From NCBI GenBank assembly GCA_951406725.2, contig OX597831.1, forward strand, positions 54,064,001 to 54,128,000: 64,000 nt of DNA, read 5' to 3'. Each line of letters opens with the position of its first letter. Within the stretch, counting starts at the first letter, position 1. Below the pieces are notes generated by a model. The model did not search any database and was not told where the DNA came from. It worked only from the letters and a program-made list of their open reading frames with translations. A program made the position numbers and the translations under genes. This DNA comes from Octopus vulgaris. Its lineage: Eukaryota. Shown here piece by piece: positions 11,737 to 25,144 of this stretch.

Positions 11737-12545
11737 TGAGGGCAAAACTTTCCATGTGTTGCTCCATAAAACCAGTATAACTGAAGAGAACCAAAATTTC
11801 TTTTCCTGTCAATAGTTAATGATTCAGGATTAGTTTTCACTTGATTTATTTACTGTAAACTTGTCACTCATTCCAGTCATCTTCATGTCATGCTGCAACT
11901 TTTGGCACTCTTTGCTGGCTTGCTGTACAATATGAGTTAATCAGTTTCAATTTGAATTCTTTAACTCATAATCAGTTTCAATTTGAATTCTTTATGAGCT
12001 AAAGAATTCAAATTGAAACTGATTATGAGTTAAAGAATTCAAATTGAAACTGATTATGAGTTAAAGAATTCAAATTGAAACATTCACATTCATTATTTAC
12101 TATATCTGCATAGCTGAAAAAAATCCTCCTCCTTGGACTTGACAATTTTAAAATGATTGCATCTAATGTTAAACAGTTATGAGTTTGCACCAAAGATCTT
12201 CTGAAGTATTTCAACTGTCTCATTGAAACTGATGTCTCAAGGATTCTTCAGTAGTATATAATTAATGTATTTAGTGTGTTTGTTAATTCCGAGTTTGGCT
12301 AATAGTGATCTGACTTTTGCCTGGTCATGAATATTCGAACAGTCAACATGAAAAGTATCTTCAAAACTTTGCAAACCAGGTATCAGCAATTTGGTCGAAA
12401 ATATATTCTCTAATAGAATTCGAAGGTGCCTGAGATTTGTCACTGTTCGAGTGGAAAGATAATGTTTGAGTTAGTAATTCAATAAGTTTAAACTGTGCTA
12501 CCTCAAATTGTTTCTGCTGATGTTCAAGAAGCATTTCCATTTGTT
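11737..12545 (-). mobile_element. Decayed Gypsy (K02A2.6-like) LTR retrotransposon gag
   Basis: Across stops and frameshifts reads DTWFAKF/EDTFHVDCSNIHDQAKVRSLLAKLG..YINYILLKNP*DISFNETVEILQKIFG..LFNIRC..YADIVNNECECFNLNSLTHNQF..ECQKLQHDM..YWFYGATHGKFCP; matches motifs I recall for this gag family, including a decayed Zn-knuckle. Confidence 0.8.
11938..12056. repeat. Perfect 57-bp inverted repeat (5-nt loop) built from a 31-bp tandem unit
   Basis: 11938-11994 is the exact reverse complement of 12000-12056; unit TAATCAGTTTCAATTTGAATTCTTTAACTCA. Confidence 0.95.
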
Positions 12546-12640
12546 TAAAAGAAATAGCCATATTATCTCTTAACCTTGTTGCCATTGTTTTAACCGTAAC
12601 AATAGTTGTTATTTGAGCCTTGAGTGCTAGAATAATAAAA

Positions 12641-12856
12641 TATAACGCACTTGATTCCAACATAAAAGAAGGAACTCATTACTTGTTTTACTTGTATAAG
12701 AGTTGTAACAATCCACAAGTATACAAAACTGTCCATTAGACAACAAATCAAAGTGAGAAATGAACACAATCTAGAGAGACTGACTTTTTTGGGAATGCAA
12801 CAAGTTGAGTGCCATATTCACATGCCAAAAACCTATTAGTCATCTTATCCCTAACA
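12641..12856 (-). mobile_element. Possible 5' LTR of the Gypsy element
   Basis: Minus strand starts TGTTAGGG and ends ...GTGCGTTATA about 100 bp upstream of gag; no second LTR to confirm. Confidence 0.3.
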
Positions 12857-12879
12857 TATACCACACAAATGTGTATGTC

Positions 12880-13040
12880 ATATAACAAACTTCTACCTAT
12901 CAAATTTTGTCTATCAAATTCTACTAAAATTATTGGTCAATATAAGATTATAATAACCACTTACTCTAGTTGGTGCTTCATTATGGGATTGAACTTGAAA
13001 CCATTGGATTACAAAGCTAACTTCTTGACATATAGCCAGC
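12880..13040 (-). mobile_element. Degraded tRNA-derived SINE
   Basis: gggattgaacttgaaaccattggattacaaagctaacttcttgacatatagcca is the reverse SINE head. Confidence 0.55.
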
Positions 13041-16000
13041 CTTGCTCTATTAAAAACAAAGAAAAGCACAGTTAGCACCTTATAATGCCACTGATCCAAT
13101 ACTGATAATGTTTCTCTTCCAGGTCAATTGGAAGATTTAATTTTTGTGCTTAGAATTGTTAATTATATATTCACTTTCTCAAAAGGAGCTAGAAATCTCT
13201 GCTAAAAAGAAAAGAAAAAGTCTTATATAAGTAGATTATTGTAAAGTGTTATGTGTCTCTTAATGTTCTATTGACGAGTGATATATCTAGTTGACTCTGC
13301 CATTACAAATGTAATTCATTCCAAAACCTCATCTGTTACAACATCAATTAAACCATATGTATTTAGTAACCATTTAATGCTAAGCTTCCACATTTCACAC
13401 AAAGCAGCCTTTTAAGCTTGAATAAAACACAAATAATAAAAAAAGTAATGTGATTATAGTGCAATAAGAAAATAACAAGAAAAAAAAAAAAACAGACTGA
13501 AACAAAATAAAACAGATTGAATGAATGATTCACACCTCATTTCAAAGATCTTTCTCCTACAAAGACAAACACTAACAGACAGTAAAATACAACATTAAAG
13601 GTGTTATCACATAAATAACAAATAATCTATAAAAGGAAAGAATGATTGATTAAATCAAAAATTTAAATATTTAAAAATCAAAAATTTTGAATAATCAATC
13701 TCTCACCTGAATTAGGTGGGTTGTTTAGCCAAAATGAAGGTCAATGAGGTGGTGGGGGAAAAGGAAATTATTGCAAGGGTGGGGAGAAAAGGCATCTCAT
13801 CTAAGCCTCTTAGAACTCCTTACATCTGCAGAGGATTGTCTGGATCTTATGTTACTGAAGAAGTAGAAGTTTCTTGGGGCCTTTTTTTTTCTTTTTGTTT
13901 CTTAAGTAAGTATCCAGAGTGGATTGTGACAACCTTTACTAATCTTAACATATTGCAACATTTTTTCAGAAAATTAGTGAACACAGTGTGATAAGCTAGT
14001 ACATTTCAAGAGACAGGCAACTGTCTCTATTTATACTGTGACCAACCAGGGGTTTAACAGAGTTGTGCAGTGTTGATAGTGAACAGAGTAAAAGATGCAT
14101 AGCAGAAAGAGTGGGTCATCAAATCTGCAACTGATTTATCTCTGCCATGTTAAAGAAAGCAATGTTGCTTCCTCACTGTCAAATCTGCAACTGATTTAGC
14201 TATTTGAAGAAGGCATGTATTCTGCTGGGCAGAAGTTTCCACATGTATCCTTCTGCAGCTAGCTCTAATTGGATGAAGTGGCCATTGCATGATCGTGCTA
14301 TGCTATCACGACAAAATAGCTCTTTTCTGTCTCACTACACTACTCCACTGCAGACTGAAAATCGCTACAAACAAGTAGGAGGACTGAAATATGCTAAGCA
14401 AAATACACATTTCAGGACCAGCAAAGTGAAAACAAGGTTCAGAATTGTGAGGTAAATGTGATGCAAAATAAAATGTGCATATCAGGAGGTAGAATCCAGG
14501 GAATGTACAGGACAGGATCTGAGTGAGTTCGAATAGCGATGTCACTTTGCATGTGCAGTGTGAGTGAGCGCGTGTGTGTGAGTGCTGAACGTGCCAACCA
14601 TTGCATGACTGAGGCAGTGTAAGTGTGCACATGAGTGCTGAATGTGCCAGTCATTGCGTGACTGGGGTAGTGAGTGAGTGCATGTGCGAGTGGCAAGAAG
14701 ACCCAGTGGGACATGCTGGCATGTTGCAAGAAGCAGGCACCTGTCTCTTTATTCTGTGGATGATGGTGAACACTAAAAGATGCATAGCCGAAAGAGTGTT
14801 GTTGCCACTAGGGCTGTCAAATCTACAACTGATTTGCAGCTGACATCTCAGATACGAAACATCATAACAAAAATCAGTGCTGGTGATAATTTCTCTAGAA
14901 TATCTGTAGAAATGACCTTAACAAGCGATGTTCCACCGAGTTATTTTTAACTTTTTACAAATATGCTTTACTCATTGAATTACTGCCTAAGTTGTTTCTC
15001 TCTGGTCTACACTAACAGATTTCTGATGTCACTAGTATGCAAGGCACAAAGCCTACATATTCCTACAACTACTGATGCACTTTTTAGCTCATTTTTTCTC
15101 CCCTTTTGGTACAGATTTAAATTAGGCCAATCCATACTTTGCACTAAGACCAATCACTTTTTGTCTTAGAATAATCTCTTTCTTCATTCCTACAGTAATA
15201 TTCTTTTGTACAGACTTTGCTTTCAGCATGGGAAATGTTTTATTTGAAAATGAAAATTCACATTAAATTCTTTCTTGAAAAAAAAAAAAAAATCCCATAA
15301 AGATTGTCAAAATAAACTAGAGTGATGCTACAAGTTCACAGGAACATATTGTAGTTTTAGAGACTATACATTTTCTTCAGCAACAGTCAATTTGCAGGGT
15401 GGGATTAAGCAACCCTTCATTACCTCTATTTTCAATATTTTTCTATGAAATCCATTTTTTAGGCAATTTTATTCATTGCCAAATTAATAAAATAACATTT
15501 ATTACCATGTTTTATATTAACACAGGGTCAACTGCATATATTTATACATATTTGTATATATTTGCACACACATACTCATATTCTTTGTGTATTCTTCTTA
15601 TATATGCATAAAGAAGGAATGGCAGAGAAAGAGAGAGCAAATAAAAATTCAACAAGAAATATATGCAGAAAATCGTATTAAATTTATTTAATGATTTTTG
15701 CATTAAATATTTGTTACTGAAATAGGATTATGTATCTATTTGAAGGAAGAAAATATATACTACTTAATTTGGAATTATTTAATGTAAAAGGGTAAGGATC
15801 ATCCTTGGAATCTTAACTGGCAGTCAGTGAATGTGTCAGTCCTATCGAGATTAGATATTAGAACGTTTCATTTCTCAAGGTCAAATAGAGATAATTTAAT
15901 TAATGCCAGTTATTCCTTATTTGATGTGTTGTGCGTGTATGTAAGCACACTATGAAATATGCTGGCTGAAACATTGACTTAAGATCGACATTATTGATTT

Positions 16001-16637
16001 AATTTCTTCATGCAGAAACTTTTCTAAATGCAAAAGAATCATCTCAGTATTTCTTTATTTTCTTCATAGCGATTGTAGATCTGCTTCCCTACCAGAAAAT
16101 ATATATATATATAAAAAATAAAATATTATTGCCTTTTTTTTTATATTTGTTTTCATTGATTTAAGATTATTTTCCTTAAGATGATGATGATTATTATTAT
16201 TATTATTATTATTATCATTTTGTTGTTGTTTCATATCCTTTTATTTCTTTTAGAAACATATGTAATTATCTATAAGATTAAGTGACCTGCATTTCCTCTA
16301 CATATTTACTTAGTAATTTTGTGTCTTAAGGTAATGATTGTAAGTATGCTCACTCTGACATGCTTTGAAGTATATTTGTCTTTTTTTTTTCTTTTTTATC
16401 TTGTTTAATGCATAATTTATTTTTCTATTACTGTCTGTAAATGAATGTCATTCAGGAAATAGGAAATCTTAGAATTGATCCCTACATGTTTCATTATTAC
16501 GTGTTTATGTTGATGTGTGTAAACACATATGAAATAAGACAACTATGAATTCACATACAAGTTTCTATTTAATCTAACAGGTTTGCTGGTAGTTGCTTGT
16601 GACATGTTCTCTCATTAATTATTTCTTCACTGAACAG

Positions 16638-16688
16638 AGATGCTTCCTAAGTATGGTTTAATGGGAAAGGAGATTGAACACGTTTCAA
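16638..16688 (+). CDS. Candidate 51-nt phase-1 cassette exon (xMLPKYGLMGKEIEHVS)
   Basis: Acceptor ttcttcactgaacag|, donor CAA|gtaaat, length divisible by 3, only the phase-1 frame is open. Confidence 0.3.
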
Positions 16689-17629
16689 GTAAATTCAATA
16701 ATTTCACTAAATAAATAAATATTCACTTGATAAAAGTTTTTAACATGTACAATGAAATGTAAATTTAAAGTTATCAATGAATCATCTATTGGGATATAAA
16801 ACTATCTGAACATTTTTTGTTGTTGTTGCTGTTGCTGAATTACAGCGCAATTTTCTTAGATTGTTGCATAGAGAATATTGCATTTATTACTCATCAAAAA
16901 TGTCAATGCTCATTTCACATCATTATTTGTATTCTTTCACGTCCTTTCTCTTTCCAAACAAATATAGGTGTATGCACATGTTTGGAAAATGATTTATTGT
17001 AGACAGTTTAGATGAGTAGCTACATCAGCGTGTTTTCACTGGTTTAATTGAACCTGTGAATATGTGTGTTAAAATCACTTTCTGAGGTTTACGAAAGAAT
17101 TAAGATGTAGTTGGTGTGAAACAAACTAGCTACATGTTAGTGTTGCTAGATTTTATTTAATTGCTTATGTCTAATTTTATGATGTACCTCTTATTTTCAA
17201 CTTGTTCTATATTGTGTGTGCATGGTGGGGTCTTAACTTTATACTGACTTTGTTTGCTAGCATGGATAGTGTATGTTGTCATGGGTTGAATCCATTTCTT
17301 TTGGCATTACTGTTCTCCTCCTCTTTGCCAGTGAGTAAGAAGAGCATGTCTTGCTTGCACATTTCATCAATTCTATGTCTGGGTGCTTTATCAAACACCT
17401 CACAGTGTATTAGGTACATTTCATAGTGGTATCACCACTTAAAAGGTTGTCTCATTGCCAACAAAGCCAAGGAACTATCATGACTCTGTACCACTTCATC
17501 TCACTCACCAACCACTTCACCGAGTGCATCTCATCACAACACCCGCACTAATGAGACTGCTTTATATCACACATAGCCAAAAAGTACTCAGTACTCCATG
17601 CTACTGTCTCTACTAGTTTTACTTGGTCA

Positions 17630-19047
17630 CTTGTGACCGAGAAGGTGAGTTGAAGATTGCATTGAACCAATGAGAATGTGGTGAAGTAGTCTTCCTTTGC
17701 AAAGTTCAGAACCATCTCTAATCAAAATTAAGGTGATGATTTTTATTGTGCACCAGAGCAAGTGGATGTCCATACTTGTGAAGATCTGATCGCAAGCCAC
17801 ATAGTTAGCATGAACATAAAACAAGACTGGTCAGTTGAACAAGATTTGTCTGAATTAGAGCCTTTCTCATTATCCAACTCCGAATTAACTGTCTATGATA
17901 GTTGCCTACTTTGATGCTGAGAGTAATTATCCCTCTCAATCTGGGGCATGAAGTAATCTATCAACGTCACATGATGCATCCATGTCAACAGGATGAAGGC
18001 ACTTACATTTTCTACATTTGGTAGCAAAAGCTGCATTGTGAGTAAGAAGGAGCCATGTTAGAGGCTACAATAATGTCAATACTCCAATACAATTTCGAGA
18101 ATAGCCTTCTGGCCCATGGTCCTTTCTACATATAGGTTATGTAGGTCCATTTCTAAGCAAAATGCTTTCACTTGTTGAAGACACTTAGGCCAAATGGATT
18201 GAAGCTACATCTATGAGCACTTGAACTTCTATAGCAACCATTGAAAAACTTGTTTTTAAGATTCATAGCCTTTCAGATATGTGCAGTAGATAATGGCTCT
18301 GCCTCTGCAAGTGATGGATTTTTGAGCTTTATGTCTCTAAATGGTATATGGCATGTAACCAATGCATCTTGTTGCTTGTCATCCAATAGTTGTACAGAGA
18401 GGGCTGTCCAAACTTTCAGTGCAGCTCTGAAGAAAGTGTCAATTTGAAGTTATGACATAACTGAGACTAATAAATCATTTTCTATTTGCTTATTGAATTA
18501 TGCATCCACCTTGCTACTCTCTGTGAGTCTCCTGTGGAACTGTTGTTGAATCATAAATTATGCAATTTTTTCGATATAGTTAAACCTAGCTTCACTTGAT
18601 GCTACCAACATACCCAGGAGATGGTGATTGCTCAAAAACAGCTGAGAAATTGGTGAGTTGGTGTATCTTAGGAACTACAGCCAAAGAGAAAAATGAAACT
18701 CTGAAACAGCACTCAAAGCAAATCGCCTAGTTTCATATTCTGTATCTGTATGAGGGGATTATCCAGAGACATGTTAATCAATTATACTCACATGTTAACA
18801 AATGATAATCCCTATTTTGAATCTGTAGTTCATGTATTTTCAACAAAGTGTTAATTATTTCTGCTGCGTGATACACATCTCCAAGCAACCAAACTTTTGG
18901 CAGCACCTATTCCACCACATGAGATAGCACTGAATCCCACTATCACAACAATCTAATTTACCTGAAATTACTTATATCCAAGTCAGTATCAGAGCCCACC
19001 ATCCTGTCTAACAAAGTTTGATTGTTTTGTGAGCCAAAGGGGGAAAA
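17630..19047 (+). mobile_element. Decayed Gypsy pol (integrase region) ending at a polypurine tract
   Basis: ELTVYDSCLL..RVIIP..HP..RMKAL (Zn-binding region), PSGPWSFLHIGYVGPFL..KWIE, AVDNGSAS..FMSLNGIWHV..SNSCTERAVQTF (rve core, D and E positions); PPT AAAGGGGGAAAA at ~19036-19047. Confidence 0.85.
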
Positions 19048-20389
19048 TAGTATTGTTCTCACATATCACAGAGATTCATGAAAGACTATGTTTATAATGA
19101 GTTAAATTCTTTCCCTTTCATGGAACTACCCATAAAGTATCATTTTGATCTAGCATGAGAGATAATTTGGAAATAGTTCATTTACCATTAAATTGAGTCT
19201 AGAGCTCATCTCTTCATTTAAGAATTACAATAGTTTTGTACATAACTTGTAGTTTTTCTACAAATAGGTTATATCAATTCATACTTAATTTTGTTGTTTT
19301 ATTTCCAATTCCATAAATGCATTTCTTATGCTGTTTACTTTTTTTTTTCGTGAAAAGTACAATTGATTTTTACTGTTTTTGATGTTTGTGTTCATTGTAC
19401 ATATTAGAAACAGTCTTCGTGCACTTTAAATTTCCTCTCACTGGTTTATCTTTCTGGTTTTCATCCTAAGTTTTATTCTATTTTAGAATTTGTTTTCCAT
19501 ATACTTAATATTTTCTTTGTCTGTAAAGTCTTTTAGTAAGCCACTATTGTGTATTTCGTTTTTGATAATAGCTAGTGAATCAGCCAAAGGGACAGTCCCA
19601 TTTCAACAAATAGAATGGATTTCATCTCTTTTTTTTTTTTTTTTTTCATGCCAACATAGGTTAGACAAGTGTTTTCCAATAAACATCCGAGTCTTGTATC
19701 ATCTCACCTTTATGACCCAAACTTTTCAAATCTAACCTAACCACTTACTTCCAAATCTCTTTGTTTATCTTCTCCACCTTGTCTACCTTTTACCATCAGC
19801 CTACAGCTCTTAGTTTTCCTTGTCTGGATCATCCATTCATGTCACTCATATAACATTGAGGATGCTGTATTTCCATAATAAAATTGTCATTTCTTCCGTG
19901 TACACTGACCAATTGAATATTAGACTTAGTTTAGATAAATATTTTATACTGAATTTCTGCATAAGAATGATTTCTAATTACCTTCAAATATTTTATAACA
20001 AATATTATTCTAAAATAATTGATTGATGAATATTATGTTTTGTAATATTTTATTTTAACTTTACAAGTAATAGAATATCAAAAGCCAAATGGTCAAACTG
20101 TTTGCTTCTAAGTTAACTAAGTGGTTCTGCCTCTAATATTTGCTCAAAAGAATAAATGGAATATTTTATTCTCAAATTGAAGATCTAAAACAACTGAAAT
20201 TAAACTCAAAAGTTGAAATTAATACTTAATCTTTGATATTGCATGTACTATATTTAGCATAACTAGTTTTAAAAAATTGAGTGAGCTTAGCTCTTTCACA
20301 ATATCAGTCTTTAAAATATGATAATCAATGTAAAAATTAAACTTTGTATGTACTTTAAATGTAGTCTTATCACCATTTTTTAAGTCAGT

Positions 20390-20960
20390 TTTTTTCTGTG
20401 TTGAAATAGGGTGAATGGATCAGTTCAGCATATGACTAATAGGTGGATATTGTCACATCTCCTGTCAGCTCCACCATTTTGCAGATATGCATTCACTTCT
20501 CTCTGTTAGAGTTTTCTTTTTTACAACCTTTGCCATTAGTATCTTCAGAAAGTGGCACTTTTCTACCTTAACTGACATCTATTTTCATGTAAAATCATTG
20601 TCCCAAATGTAAAGAATTCCTCTATGTGTTGCATTGCCTGCAAGCTCTTTCAGTTTTCAAAGTTCAACCTATACTTTTGGTCTCTTGTTAAAAGGATATC
20701 TACCAACTTGGTGTAATCTTCTTTTTTTCCACTTTACAAACATGATGGTTCTATAACAGTACTTTCTGTAAAGAAAGACTCAGCTTATGCTGCCCCACTT
20801 TGGACCAACTTCACATGGCTAGTTTCTGTGCCACCAGTTCATCACTATGTCCACATATGGACCAAGTATGAAAGTACTTCCAACAGCTTCAAACCAGATT
20901 GTCTATTAGCATTAACAATGCCTATCAGAACTCTCCCCTACTCTTGCCAAACTCTTCATT
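20390..20960 (-). mobile_element. Very old LINE (RTE-like) remnant
   Basis: Raised GC; minus-strand fragments GQHKL and RPKV..*KLK weakly resemble the RTE post-endonuclease region. Confidence 0.3.
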
Positions 20961-22029
20961 CTTTGAGATATATTTTGATCCTTAGAAGTATAAAGTAATC
21001 CCTTTCCATATCGCAGTTTATTGTTTAAGCTTACATTGATTCCTCTGTGGTGTTGTTTTACATATATAATAAAAGAAATATATACAAATTATAGAAATAA
21101 AAAATATTGTACAGTACTGTTTCTACTTCGTGGATTTTCACCTATCGCAATGGTTTGGGAAAGTAACACCCATAATAGTCAAAGGATTACTGTACTACAG
21201 TTTGCCCCATTCCCACAAAGATGACAGCAAACTTCCTCCAACATCTTGAATCTTTCTATGGCTTTCTTGGAACCTTATGTCCGTCAGCAGTGCTTGAACC
21301 CTCAACCTACAAGAAATTTTATAAAACAGTTTAACAGTGTTGTTGCATGCATAATCAGCAAGGCCTTTTTCTATAGATAACATGTGAACCTCCTGACAAA
21401 ACTGCTCATCTGTGAGCTCTATACATATCTCTCTTTGTCTCTCTCACATTCACACATACATTTTATCAACTGTGATGTGACCCAAGGTTAGTTTTGTCCC
21501 TTACAGATTGACCCTCTGGAATTCCTTTCAAATTTTAATATACAACTCTTCCAAAATGAACATTATATTGATCTCACTGGCCTTAGAGGGATTGTGAAAG
21601 ACATAGGCACAACCCCTTCTTTCAGACCAAACCAATAAGAAAAAATACTGAGCTACTCTTATAAACCATTTATCTGCTCTTAAAATTTCAAAATATAAAT
21701 CTTTAAAGTATATGATGACAGATTTTGAAGCTGTTCTGAATTTTAAATGAGTCTTCATTAGCTTCTTGTTTTTTATCAAAATGAAATTTATATAATTGCA
21801 ACAAGTATAATTTACCTCAATCTGATCTCGTTTAGATTTTCCTTTGTCACAACTGTCTTACAGCTGTTTGATTTTAAGTTAAGGTTTTTTTTTTTTCTCA
21901 TCATACACAACTATTATCCATTATTCTGAAAACCTCATTATGAAAGAACGTGTGGATCATTTTTTGACTTAAGGCATAAATAGCTACCTTTGACATTTGT
22001 AATTCAGATGGAAGCCTTGATAGAAATTT

Positions 22030-22160
22030 AAAAAGTTTACTTTCATTTTTAGGTCTCTCTCTTTTCTCTTCTTTATCCTTTCTCTCTTTCTACTTCTATG
22101 TCTCTCCTCTTTCTCTTTTCTATTTCCCTCCCTCTATTTTCTTTCCTCTTTCTCCTTTCA

Positions 22161-22196
<36 letters not shown>

Positions 22197-22205
22197 CACC
22201 TCCTC
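22030..22205. repeat. CT-rich/(CT)n tract
   Basis: Visible directly. Confidence 0.9.
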
Positions 22206-24904
22206 TGTCTGAGTTAGATTACATTTATTTTTCTCTATTCGTACAAACTGAACATATTGTTCAGTTTAATCTGTGTAAAATATATGCATAGAACATTAAC
22301 TCTTTTGATACTGTCATTTCTGTTACTTGCAAAAATTGCTTAAATGTTTGTTGAGATATTGAACATAATAATTGTTGTGATGATGCTTGTTGGAATATGG
22401 TGACTAGAGGCAATTGAATGAAAATTTAGAAATACAAAACTTCAAAGGAATTTTCTCCATTTATGAGAATGGAGATTACATCATAGCATCTTTCTTTGCC
22501 TGAAACAAAGTGTGATAAAATGGTAATGTGATAATTTTGCTTGAAACAAAATGATAATGTGATAAGTGGGAATTTCGAAAAATAAACTGAACCAGAAGAC
22601 TATTTTATAGTCAAAGAAAGTGCTCTTCTATTGAAAATTATGATGTCCCTCTCTCTCATTCTTCTTCAGATTTTAGTTTAAATAAATAAATCAAATTATA
22701 TAGAACAAGGCAACCAGGCTAATATTTCTAACTTACCAAAATTTAAAAAGAGTTGTATTACTGCAGGTGATATCAGCTTAAGATTTAATCATGTCTAGTT
22801 AAATTCACTTTGAAGAACAAATTCACAAGAGGAAATGTTTTTGTAGAACATGCATATCTTAACATTTTGTCTAGAAATTCATTATATACATCCTATATGA
22901 ATATATTGCATATAAAATTAAATATTTCTTAGTTATGGATAGTAATTTAATTGTAGTAGTACTTTATGTATATATTTTGGTTATCAAAAATTTCATTTAA
23001 ATAAAAATGAAATTATCTAAGTCAAATCCTGAACACTTGGATAATAATACTACTTTGAAATAGAATTCTTTGTTAGAGCAAGTTGATCAGAAATAGTAAT
23101 CTAGCTTATTTGAGTTTGGCTTTAAATGCCAAGCTATAAGAAATCAATACAATCTAAAGAAAAGTGTTCACCAGCTGGCAAGCAACTACTGCTACTTCTG
23201 ATACAATTTATTTGCTATGATATTTAATTTTTTTTTTATTTACTTGTTTAAATGAAATCTGATTTGATCTCTCCTGTTCAATGGGTCACAATATTTTTTT
23301 CTTTCTTTTCCGAGCATTTGATATTTTGTATAAATGGATTCTGATGATTTAGTTACAGTCTTGTTGATGTAGATTTATGAGTTTACTAATGGTTTTAAAA
23401 TGATAACTTTAATGGATTGAGAATTAATAAAATTAAAATTTCTTTATAATTTCTAAAGATAATGATGTGAAAGCTAATAAAACAATGATTGGAGTAGGTT
23501 TCCATAGGTTTTAAAAACAGTTAAAATTAACATTCATTCATTGTAATGTATACATTCGATATGTATGTGTGTCATTATGATATTAAACCAACAAATTGTG
23601 GCATGTGCAAACATACATTGTAGGCTTTAAGCTATGTCATAACAACCACTAATCTTCACTATAGTCCATCCATTCTCTTTGTGTATTATCAAGTTTACAA
23701 AAATTTTCTTCTACAAGTGTATATATTCTGTAAAGACTACATCAACCTGAATTAATTCATTTAGCTATTGTCCGGAATTATTCTATACAGAGATACTTAC
23801 TCTCCCTCCACCCAACCATCTTTCTCTTTGTTATACATGTATCAACCAATCACATACAGATCATCATTTCTCATACATTTCTTTCTATTCGTTCATATTA
23901 GTTTATTTTCTCTTACTCGTTCCATATATCTACTCATTCTTTCTATGCAAATTCACAGTGAATAGCTGCATGTAAAACAAATCTAATTATGTCGTATTGA
24001 TTTAATTTCTTTCCCCTTTGCTTTATTTTTTAAATAGAAATCTGGCTGAATGCATTCATTTGTTTCTTTCACATTTCTTGACATTTTTCTTTAATTTCCT
24101 TCCTTTTACTTTTTCACCCCTCCTTACTGTTTCCAGTTGTTGTTGTTACATGTGTATTCAATAGAAACCTTAACCATTTGTATTAGTCTATAACTCTACC
24201 CACTAGAACATGGCCATACAATAGTGACAGATTCCTTTTCAAATTTTCTGGTTTTCCTATTGACTGTTTCCAGAGTTGATTCTGTAGGAATTTTGTGTGC
24301 ATTTTCATATAATGAATTTTATTGAAAAAATATCATATAAAGATTTTTTGATATTAGAATACATTTTATATTTGATTTCACAAAAAAAAAAAAAAAAATT
24401 CCCTTGTAACAATTCAAGAAAGGAAGACTGGACTAATATCGTGCATTGATGTTATAGAAGAATATAGTTGGAGTTAATGCTCTCTTAATTTTGTTTGGTT
24501 TACTTGAATAGAAACTGTTCCTAAAGAGCTAAGAGTAAGTAAATGTTTCATAAATATAAGTGCTATTTAGTTAAGTATGCCTGGTAAGAAATATTATATA
24601 GAATATAGAAGGAATTACATGTCTGTGAATGTGGAGTGCAGTGAGGAATATTTAGACTTTTGACTATGTTTTCAACACTATATAATTCTTTGTTGATGAC
24701 TAACTCTATATATTCTTTGATACCTAGCATTATACTACATACATGTATCTATATCTATATATGTATTGTTAATATGACGTGTATATAATGTCAAGTGTCA
24801 GCAATATTCTTTGATATGAAACATGAGCCTTTTCTCAAAGCCATATTGGCTGTTAAAACAGCCTATTTATATATTTATCTATCTATCTATCTATCTGTCT
24901 ATCT

Positions 24905-25140
24905 ATCATCATTTAATGTCGGTTGTCTGTGTTGGCATGGGTTGAACAGTTTGACCAAAGCTGGAAGGCTGCACCAGACTCCAGTCTGATTTGGCACGGT
25001 TTTCTATGGCTGGATACCCTTCCTAACACCAACCACTCTGAGATTGTAATGGGTGCCATTTGCATGACACTGGTATCTGCCATGACTGTGATTTTGCTCG
25101 GCTTGATGGGTCTTCTTCTCAAGCATGACATAATGCCAAA
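24905..25140 (-). mobile_element. RTE-family 3' fragment, next to a (TATC)n tract
   Basis: catcatttaatgtc...ggctggatacccttcctaacaccaaccactctgag, the same 3' end as the adjacent copy. Confidence 0.85.
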
Positions 25141-25144
25141 GATA

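Noticed and set aside
13536-13556. Minus-strand 21-nt microexon-like segment
   Set aside because: Weak donor (gtgtga) and no other supporting minus-strand exons
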